Positions 37,026-47,096 of a DNA stretch of 50,813 nt are shown here, in pieces. Positions within the stretch are counted from its first letter, which is position 1. Each line of letters opens with the position of its first letter. The stretch is from Vitrella brassicaformis CCMP3155 (lineage: Eukaryota > Protista > Chromerida). The notes beneath the pieces were generated by a model. It made no database searches and had not been told where the DNA came from. It was given only the letters and a program-made list of their open reading frames with translations. A program made the translations under genes and the position numbers. Location of the stretch: positions 1-50,813 of the forward strand of contig CDMY01000567.1 of assembly GCA_001179505.1 (NCBI GenBank), in the 5' to 3' direction.

Positions 37026-39207
37026 ATGAGCAAAGAGACGCGTAAGCAACACAGGAAATCCGCAGCCATCAGAAGTACCATGTCTCGGCTGTGTTCTTCG
37101 TGACCAGTGTCGTCAGGCCTGCCGGTGCTGGAGAGCTTCTGGGACAAGTACACCTACATCAAGGTGTACGAGGAGGACCTCCGCGGCTTCGGGCACGAGA
37201 CCATCGTGTCGTTCCGCAACTCCGTGTACTCGGACGGCCCCACCCGAAGATTCCAGCTCGACAACTTCCTCGCTCAGCTGCATCGCGACCGGTCCCTCCC
37301 CTACGATAAGAAGGTCAAGAAGATCAAGAGCTTTAGCTACCTGTACCAGACATTCTGTGACCTCTACGTCAAGATACACAAGTATCTGAACGTCATGGCT
37401 GACACAACTCTACACACCAGGGAGGAGGTCGAAGAGAGACTCACCACAGGCAATGAGGTGCGTGATCGATTCATGCATTGCATGATTGATATTGACACAA
37501 ACGCAGACAGACAGAAGGACGGGGGCTCTATATTTCCGCTGCTGTGCTGTGTGTGTTGGATGTAGTTGGAGGCTGGTATTGCGTCCCACCCGCAGGAGTT
37601 CGAGGGCCACATCGCCAAGTCTGGCATCCCGCCAGCCGGCGGCGAGGGGGGCGGCGTGAGGCCGACGGTGCCGTCCATGTTGATGCAGTCGCTGGTGCCG
37701 TTCCTGGTGAAGCTGACGTCAAGATGGCCTCCGCCAATGTGAGCGACCGCACCAGATACCCACACATCAATCAGGTGAGTACCTGCAATGCACGCAAGGC
37801 AGGCAAGGCAGGCATGAGGAAAAGCTGGATGGGTTGCCGTTAGATGGACCGACTGGCGTGTGGGCATGGTGGTTGTGCAGTTGTATGACGCATTGACTGG
37901 CCAAGGGGGCCATCCCGAGGTCGTCACTTACGCCGAGAGCGTCGACACGGGCATCTTCTTCAAGCGCCTCTTCCCGCGAACCAAGACCAGGAAGGTGGAC
38001 TCGGACGAGGGCAGCGACAGCATCGAGGACAGCGACGGTGACGAGTACAGGTACTTTGGCTCCTTCATCCGTCGGCTGCCCTTGAGCATGGCGCCGCCTT
38101 GCCCGCCCGGCGGTGGTGTGAGCAAGCAGGCCCAGAAGAGACACCCGACTCAAGCTCGACAAGATGCGTGGCATCGCCCGTCAGAATTTGCAGGACTACG
38201 CGGCCAGCATTGTGAAGGCACAGAGTGCCGGCACTGGGGGCGCAGGTCAGACAAGCGATGAATGAGGGGGTCGGATGTGCCTGGTTGTCTGTGTCCGTTT
38301 GTGTGTCAGGTGCTGATGGTGTCAGGGGGGCCTCTAGTCCGTCGCCGCTTAGTGCCCTCGACAACCACACCAATCCACTGCCATCGACTGCCGCTCCAAC
38401 ACTCTTCGCTGACCCTGCTGCTGCCTCGTAAGGAACATGCAAACATGCAGCTGACATCTTGAGGGATCAATCTTGCTGTTTGCAGAAGGGCTGATACGTT
38501 CGACAGCGTCCAGTCGTCGTATCCGCTCGCTGATAGCTATCAGGCAGGCAGCGCTTCATCGTCAAAGCAACACAGGTGGGCACGGCATCAACCGAGGATC
38601 ACTGTGATGACACTCAATCACCACATGTGTGTCCTTGGCCTGTCAGTCATCCGCCGTTCATCGCTCCCTCGCCCTCTCCTCCTCACCCTCGCCCGATGCT
38701 GCCAGGCACCCAACAAACCGGCGGCCACCTTAGCCACACGTCCGCCCACAAGAGCCTTCCCGGCTCCCCTCCCGTCGCGGCTGCTGCTTGGAGTGCATCG
38801 TCTCCGTCGAGTCGTGCGTTCTTTGACAACGACCGGTCGGCTGGGCCGTCTGCAGCAGCAGCTACTGATGGCGGTGACTACGGCGAGTGGCCTGCCTATA
38901 GTCATGGTGGTGATGATGGTGACGGTGGTGACGATGAGCCCCTTCCATTCGTGGGCCCCATGTTCGAAGGCGAGGGGTGCAGGCATCGCACGGCACGGGC
39001 AGTAGTGGGGATGGGCTGGCCGACCGATGGTACAACGACATGGCCGGTGCTGCTCATGGGTACGCCAATGCATTCAATAGCGTATGCAAATTCAATGCTC
39101 GACCATCACATCCATCCACCCATTCTGGTGCTATCGGTGTGGTATGCAGGTTTTCTGGTCATGGGGTGCAGAGAGAGAAGTACGAAGAGGAAATGCGGCA
39201 CAAGTGA
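37026..39207 (+). pseudogene. Unknown multi-exon gene with a compact N-terminal domain and two apparent -1 frameshifts
   Basis: Exons with strong codon bias: LPVLESFWDKYTYIKVYEEDLRG…, EFEGHIAKSG…SLVPFLVK/DVKMASANVSDRTRYPHINQ, LYDALTGQ…, DTRLKLDKMRGIARQ…. Shifts near 37715 and 38975. Confidence 0.55.
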
Positions 39208-39300
39208 GGCAGCTGCCCACGAACACCGAACAATTGATGTGACCGAATGTCGTTGTTTGTTGTGTGTATGTGTGTGTGTGTGTGTGTGTGTTTTCATTCA

Positions 39301-40390
39301 GGCTGGCTGGCCTCAGCATGCAGCAGCGGCGGCATCCCTCCTCATTCAGCAGCTCGTCTTCCTCGCCCCCACCCCCGCCCCCCCCACCGCAGCTGCCCAA
39401 GGCGGGTGCAGGAAGCAGAAGTGTTGCTGGTGTAGCAGATGAGCTGTCGTCGCCTGACCGCCACAGGCCCCTCTTCGCTCCCTTCGCCACCAATTTCAGC
39501 GACCCGCAGCGGAACCAGCAGGCACTCGGCATGGTGCAGCCTTCCCCCTTCGCCCCACACCAGGCCATTCCCTCTCATCACAGCAACCACCACCACCAGC
39601 TGCAGGGCAACATGCGAGGCCAGACGCCCTCTCACGCCGCCCCATCTGCCAAATATGTGTACCATGATCACCCTGCCAACGAACAGCACCGACACGCCAA
39701 CAGGTCGGACCAGCGGCCGGGCGCCAGCCAACCCTTCGGAGGCGTAGGGGGCATGGCCATGCATGGGCACCAGGGGCAGCAGGTGGCAGGCGGCCGTCGC
39801 CTCGCTGACCGGTTCAGAAGGCCACAGAGCGATCCCCTGAGAGACCTTTGTTGGGAGTAAGATGACTGACACATCACACACATCACACTCATGCAGACCC
39901 CACACACACATCTCCATGGATCAGTCTTGCTGTTCTGCAGAGGGGCGAGCCGCCTGAGCTGTGTGTTTTCTCTCCAATATAGCTTCGCTAGGCCCTCAAG
40001 TAAGCGGCGGCTCGCCGGCGAGTGGAACGCCATTAAACATGGCAGCAATGAGGATCCCTGCAATGAGACTCCATCACCCTCTGTGTATCCTTGCTGTCAG
40101 TCATCTGCCTCACCTTTCCCCCCTCCCCAAATGCGCCTCGCACAGCACGGGCAGTGGTGGGGATGGGCAGGCCCTGGGGAGGCAGGACGATCGCTGCTGC
40201 TGCTCAAGGGTAAGCCAGGGGACCAGCGCATGCAACCTTCAATGCTCGACCATATCACATCCATACATACCAACTTTGGTGTCCAGGTCTTCTGCTTGGT
40301 TGTTGTTGAGTGAGAACGTGGAAATGAGGAAGTGTGGCGAACGTGAGGCAGCTGCCCTCGAAGACACAGCAATCTCATTGCCTGTTGTGG
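39301..40390 (+). pseudogene. Low-complexity coding-like exons ending in a degenerate copy of 38985-39230
   Basis: A Q/H/P-rich ORF at 39301-39860. 40140-40375 aligns by eye with 38985-39230, sharing the intron motif tcaatgctcgaccat and gtgaggcagctgccc. Confidence 0.4.
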
Positions 40391-40773
40391 TTGTGGTCAG
40401 CAGCATCGTCCTCGTGTGGCTCAGGTGCCCAGGGCCGGTGCAGAAGGTAGATATGTGGCGGGTGCAGCAGACGGGGTGTCGTCGCCCAGAGCAGCGGGTC
40501 AACGGCTTCAGGAGCAGGGGCAGCAAGAGACATGACGTACACACGTATTCTTCCCATCATCCTTTAACAATCCACAAGCAATCCATCATACTTGCCTTTG
40601 TCTCTCTCTGTTGCAGCTCTAAACATCGCTTCCTACATTTTATATTCGTGAGAGATATTTCCGCCGAATCATCACTCGCGAGAGGTTTGGCTATTACTTC
40701 AGATTCGCTGTCGTGCTGAGTTCTGCCTTTCTCATGGTGTCCATCCGTCAGCCACCGGTACGCCCACAAGGCG

Positions 40774-43700
40774 ATGATGATGGAGCAGCAGCCCCCCAAT
40801 CAGCGCACGAGGCGCAGTCAGCAGCCGCACGGACAGCCGCCATCAGCGCCCCGGCCCGATATCGCCGTTCTGTACCGTGCCAAGGCCGCGAAGAAGGGAT
40901 GGCTCGACAGGCTCAACGGCGTCGTGAAGGAACTCTACGCCAGCCTGACGTGCCCTATGCCGTGCTGCCAGGTGGAGAAGAGCGCGCCCAGGGCGCGTCA
41001 GCACCGAGGCCGCCCATCTACCGGCCGGGTCCGCCATCCCACCCACCCGCCGCAGCGACACTGGCTGCTTCGCCGCCGTGCCGAGCCAGCGTGCCGCCTG
41101 CAGCCGCTGGCTCGCCAGCTGGCACCACTGCCACCGGCCCCGACCCGCCAGCACCAGCCACAGCCCAGCCGCCACCACCACCACTGCCCGCCTCACGAGA
41201 GGTCCTCGCGGCGTTCCAACCAGCCGGCCGATATATGCAGCGCTGGAGCGACAAGTTCGCCCTTGTCGAGGGGCATTCAGACGCCGCCCCGCCGACCCAC
41301 AGCCGGCTGATGCTCAAGACGCTGGTGCCCACGAGCATCGGCGGCCAGCTGGGTGGACCCATAAGGGACGAGCTCGTGGGGAGGCTCAAGAGGGAGGCGG
41401 AGGCCATGAAGGCCATGAAGGGACGGACAGGAGATGGCGGCCTACCCATCGCGGCCGAGGTGGTCGCCGAGGGCGACATTCTAGAGGGCGAGGAGGTGCC
41501 GATCCGCCTCATGGGTGAGGAGTGGCAGAAGCACCGGGACGGCGGCTACAAGGGCAACCGCCCGGCCGTAGCCAACACGCGTGTCGAGGCGCGCCTCTAC
41601 GGCCACTTCCTGCTGTCGAACTTCGCCGGTGAGTCAGACAATGAGAGAGGGCCACAGCCAAACGAAATCACATCACGTGTAAATCTATGTATTTCACTGC
41701 CTGTCTGTCTGTGTTGGTTTCATTCGTTCAGCACTCCTGCGGGAAGCCACCCGAGCAGAGCTGGAGGAGCAGCAGCCCCCACTTCCACCCCCACCCCCAC
41801 CCCTGCCCCAACCGTCAAGGGCACCACCAGCTGCCGCGTCTGCTGCTGCCCCAGAGGGCCACCGACACAGCCACCCAGTGGACCCGCCGGCCACCGACAC
41901 ACTGCCCCAGGCCCCCAAGCCACAGCACCCACCCCGACAGGCCCTGATCCCGGACGAGGACGAGGACTACGTTCCGTCGACCATCCTGCGTGCGCGTGCC
42001 GAAAAGGCCGCCAAGGAGGCCAAGATGGCGCGGGCGAGGGAGGCGGAGAGTGGGGATGAGGGAGAGGAGAAGGAGACAGCAGCAGGCAGAGGTGCGCCCT
42101 GGCGGGCTGTGGACCGGCAGCGTCAACCTCACTGACATCCTCCACATCCGCTGCGGCCGCCTGAAGCATCCGAGCGTCAAGTCGCGGGCCACGGCATGGA
42201 AGCTGCAGCTCATCAAGCAGACGATCGACCGCCTCAACCTCAGCAAAGGCGCCTACCGCGAGCTCATCGTGAAGGGCAAGTTAGGTAGGTGCACATTTCG
42301 CACACGATACCCCTGCACTCATGCATTGTCCCCATGTCTCTTTATTTTCAGGGAGTTCTCAATCGCTGTCTGCATTTTATATTTCCTGTGTCTCTTCATC
42401 TGAGATCAACGAGGGAATATGCCGGTCCCCCGTTCGTCGAGCCGCCGAGTCGCCGATGGAAAGCCAAGCTTGTCGTCTCTCCCGCCACAGACGACATCAG
42501 CCGAATTTCACAGGCGATTGCGCACTTCGCTACGTGGCGACTCGCCATCTTCCACGACGACGATGAGGCGAAGTGGTGTGTCCTCGAGGTACCCACACAC
42601 TCACACACATGGCCATACACGGACGCAGAAGTGAAAGGCAGGCAGGTGCACGTTGCCCTTCCTTTCTCTTCAGATCAGCGATGAGGAGGAGAGGCCGGCC
42701 CCCTGCCGTGGTGGGAGAGGATGGGCCTCTCACAGCTGGCGAACCCCCGAGAGTTGTCATGGCGACACCGCTCAAGGGACTTGGCTGGAGGTAGGTGGCT
42801 GGCCGGTACATCAAGTCGATGATACAGACAGCATCACTCTTGCTTCGTGTGCTGTGTTGTGTGTGTGCGTGTAGACTTGAGTGACTACTGGGTGGATAGT
42901 ACACCGCCATGAGCGAGAGGGGGACATGGTGAGAAGCGGGAACGGACACGTCATTACGATGGATTCATTGTTCTGCTCCGTCATCTTTTCCCCGACAGTT
43001 CCTGTTCCCGGACGAGGACGAGGACTATGTTCCGTCGACCATTCTGCGTGCGAGTGCCGAGAAGGCCGCCAAGGAGGCCGAGATGGCGCGGGCGAGGGAG
43101 GCGGAGAGTGGGGATGAGGGGGAGGAGAGGAGGCAGCAGCAGGCAGAGGTGCGGCCAGGCGAGCTGCGGACCGGCGGCGTCAACCTCACTGATATCCTCC
43201 ACATCCGCTGCGGCCGCCTGAAGCACCCCAGCATCAAATCGCGGGCCACGGCACGGAAGCTGCAGCTCATCAAGCAGACGATCGAGCGCCTCAACCTCAG
43301 CAAAGGCGTCTACCGCCAGCTCATGGTGTCGTGCCTGTCGTCGCTGGAGGGCATCCATGGGGCTGAGTGGGTGCACGGGGATACCAATGGCCAGAATGCC
43401 ATGGTCGTGTGGGATCCCGTCACCCGCCGCCTCGACAGCCCGTGGATCGACTTCGAGGTGGCCAGGCCGACCACCGAGGCCGAGCAGCCCCTGACGACCA
43501 CTCCACCCACACTGTGCCACGTGGAGCCGGTGGCGGTTCCCCCTCCCCACTGCGACCCAACGGCACTGAGACGTGTGGCCAAGGTGATAGGGTGGTCATC
43601 GACCAGAGCAAGCCCAGCACGGTCGCAACGGCAGCACCGCAGTCGCCCCTCTATGGTGCCTTCAGCCGCATGGCGGACACCTACACCATCTGCTCGCTTG

Positions 43701-44440
43701 CCGCCGCCATCCTCATGGGTCCCCACATGGACCACCCGAGCGGCCCCTCGCGCAACCACGTCATCTTTTCCCCCGCGACCTTCACGGGTCCCTTTATGGA
43801 CCCGCCGAGCGGCCCCTCCGACACCCACCCCTTCTGTGGGCAGGAGCTGCCCTTCTTCCCGGGGGCACATGGGGCCCGCAGCAGCAGCAGCAGATCTCTG
43901 TACGGCCGCCACTTTGAGTCGGTGAAGGAGGAGGATGCGCTCATTAAGGAGGCCATCGAGATGGGGGGCGAGGGGGGGAAAAGGGCGCTGCACGAGATTA
44001 ACGACGAGAAGCCGACGAAGCGCCACAAGTGGCTGGTGGGGGCGGTGGAGCAGCGGCTCGTGTGGGAGGAGCAGAGGGGAGAGGCGCGCGACGAGGAGGC
44101 CGTGCAGGACCTCAGGATGGCTCTGGTGCTCGTCAAGGAGGAGATGTGTCCGGACGAGGGCGAGAGGCGCCCACTGCGTGAGATAATCCAGTAAGTAAGG
44201 AAGGCACGCACTCGCACATCCACTTGACAGCAAGCAGCATGTATCATGTGTCTGTGCGGGTCTGTGTGTCTTGTTCCTGCTGCAGGCACTGCCACGAGTT
44301 CCTCTTAGTAGTCTAGCTGTGCCCCATCGGCTGCCTAGTCCATCCATTCATGATGCCCTCTGTGTCGCTTCCGTACGTCCGCCCCCCACTTGGCCCGCCC
44401 GCTGCGCCGACATGACCTGCACCAGAGACTCCTTACGAGC
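40774..44440 (+). pseudogene. Divergent eukaryotic protein kinase, interrupted by a partial duplication or insert and frameshifted
   Basis: N-lobe LMLKT…LKREAEAM, catalytic loop HGDTNGQN, WIDFEVA, subdomain IX-like MADTYTICSLAAAILMG and XI-like MCPDEGERRPLREII. 41944-42282 is repeated at 43005-43335 around unrelated DNA. Shifts near 40985 and 43505. Confidence 0.7.
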
Positions 44441-45239
44441 CCCCACCCAAGACACTCGCCGACGCAGCCATTGAGATGGGCTTCGACGTCACGGCCCAGC
44501 CGCCGCCCAGGCCCCTCGGGCAAGAGGAAAAACGCGACGGGAGAGCGAGTGTGACGGCAGCCAGGTGGTGGACTCGTCAGCCTCTGGGACGCGGCCAAGG
44601 GGATCGGCAGGGGTGTGCGGCATGGCGGTGGGAGAGGGGTGGGAGGGGGGAACGATAAAGGGCGGCGCCCAGCTGGGAGGCCGAGCAAGCAGGATTTGCG
44701 TGACGATCTGTGGCGAGAGGGGGATATCGGAGAGGGAGAGGGAGAGGGAGAGGGGTCGGCGTGTCTGCCTAGAGAGGGTTTCTACGCCACGAGTGCTGGC
44801 AAGGGAGGGCCTGTCCGTGTGAGCCCTCGGGTAGCGTATCCGCCGCAGATGGATGAGGAGGTGATGGTGCTGCGGAGCGGCCCTGGCACCGCTGCCTACA
44901 TTTTGTATCAGTGAGGCTTTTGCTATGTTGAACCTGGCGCGCCCTTTATGGTACACTCGTGTGTGCCCCAGAGACACTGGTGTCGATTGAGCTTAAAGAA
45001 ACTCAGCTGTCCTCCGCCATGGTCCCCTCCTTGCATCAATCCATTGACAGATAGAAACGCACACGTGAGACACGACACTTGATAAAGCCAACGACACGCA
45101 CCACAATTAAAGTAACGAACGAGCCTCATTAAGAACCACAACGACCTACTTACTGCCTCACCCGCCCACCCACCCACCCACCCACCCACCCGCTCATCAA
45201 GCAGAACGACCTCAACAGGGGTGTGTGTCTGCTGCACGA

Positions 45240-46245
45240 GGTCATGCCTCCGAAGAGGATGCAGCAGCCTCCGTCCCTCCCTCTGATGTGTCTCGCCCTC
45301 TCTCACGTCCTCCCTCTGTGTCTTGCCCTCTTGCAAAGAGAAGGCGAGACACATCAGCGGGAGGGAGAGACACATCCATCCATCCATCCATTTGTGTGTG
45401 TCTGTCACCATCGATGATTTTGTCGCTCTGGGCAAGATGAGGAGTGCACTTTCTGTCCTTCCNNNNNNNNNNNNNNNNNNNNNNNNNNNNNNNNNNNNNN
45501 NNNNNNNNNNNNNNNNNNNNNNNNNNNNNNNNNNNNNNNNNNNNNNNNNNNNNNNNNNNNNNNNNNNNNNNNNNNNNNNNNNNNNNNNNNNNNNNNNNNN
45601 NNNNNNNNNNNNNNNNNNNNNNNNNNNNNNNNNNNNNNNNNNNNNNNNNNNNNNNNNNNNNNNNNNNNNNNNNNNNNNNNNNNNNNNNNNNNNNNNNNNN
45701 NNNNNNNNNNNNNNNNNNNNNNNNNNNNNNNNNNNNNNNNNNNNNNNNNNNNNNNNNNNNNNGGCCGTGCAGGACCTCAGGATGGCTCTGGTGCTCGTCA
45801 AGGAGGGGATGTGTTCGGACGAGGGCGAGAGGCGCCCACTGCGTGAGATCATCCAGTAAGGAAGGCACGTACTCGCACATCCACTTGACAGCAAGCAGCA
45901 TGTGTCATGTGTCTGTGCGGGTCTGTGTCTTGTTCCTGCTGCAGGCACTGCCACGAGTTCCTCTGAGTAGTCTAGCTGTGCCCCATCGGCTGCCTAGTCC
46001 ATCCATACGCCTGTTTGTTGAGCCGTTCCCTGTGTCGCTTCCATACGTCCACCCCCCACTTGACCCGCCCGCTGCGCCAACATGACCTGCCACCCACACC
46101 AACCACAGACTGTTTACGAGACCCCACCCAAGATACTCGCCGATCCGGTGAAGGAGGAGGATGGGCGCATCAAGGAGGCCATCGAATTGGGGGACGAGGA
46201 GTTGCCGACGAAGCGCCACACATGGCTGGTGGAGAGGATCCTGTA
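45240..46245 (+). pseudogene. Additional partial copy of the kinase gene (3' end duplicated from 44098-44440, plus an out-of-order fragment of 43920-44040)
   Basis: 45763-46040 is near-identical to 44098-44400 including the intron. 46148-46235 repeats VKEED…IKEAIE…PTKRH.WLV. Confidence 0.7.
45463..45762. other. Assembly gap (N-run)
   Basis: 300 N. Confidence 0.99.
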
Positions 46246-47096
46246 AGCAAGGCACGCGCATCCAGCTCACAACAATCAACCGCTGTAATGTCTCTGTGCG
46301 CCGTTGTTTCTGTCTGATTTAGCCTTTCATCGCTTCCTACATTTTATATTTCGTCGGAGACTTTTCCCTAATAACCGTCACAAGATTGCAAGGTGGCATT
46401 GAGAATAGAAATGACTTTTCATCGAACATGCTCTTCTCTGCCACGCAAGAGCTTCCGGCCCTTGTTCGAATCCATCGATCGCAGGCCCCTGTCCGGATTG
46501 TCATGTCTCCACAATGCGGCCCATGTCATTGAATGCAGGTTTGAATGCGTGTTGGATCAATGATACATCGCGCGCTGCCTTTTCTCCGTAGTTTGAACAA
46601 TGCAATTCCTATCTGTTGATCTCACAGCCGACCGTACCTATGTCAATTTTCATGTCATTTGCAATGAGTTCATTAAGGCGGTGTCACCCACTTGGAGCAG
46701 AGATCTTTGCGGGCAGCAGGGACGAGTGCGTGCTTTGGTTGGCTGCGCTCCTATGATGCGCACTTCGGACATGCTCAGTTTATTCCGTTTCATGCCATTC
46801 TTTTTGCTTCAAGGCTTCCATGCACCCGTTCGTTTATGGCATCTTGCATTTGACCTATCCATACGACAGCGTTAGCGTTAAGTCCTTCCCTACTACGGTC
46901 CAACAGCATTGATACCAACAGCCTAGGGCTAATTGCCTGAATGTACCTCATGTTACGTGTCTTATAATCAGACACGATCCCCACCTATGCGCACACGCAC
47001 ACGCAAGTGCAAACACATCAGCACAAATAAACCACCAGCCAGCATGTAATGCAATCACGCACATCACACAAATGAATCCATCCATCCATCCATTCA

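Larger units (their letters stand above)
40624..46367 (+). repeat. Four dispersed copies of a ~20-40-bp AT-rich motif (consensus atcgctkyctacattttatatt) at ~40624, ~42362, ~44890 and ~46328
   Basis: The 40624 and 46328 copies share 23 identical nt (catcgcttcctacattttatatt). The other two differ by 2-3 nt. Confidence 0.8.

Noticed and set aside
37700-43520. Programmed -1 ribosomal frameshifting at the -1 sites
   Set aside because: No X XXY YYZ heptamer or shared downstream structure is visible, so decay or assembly error is more parsimonious.
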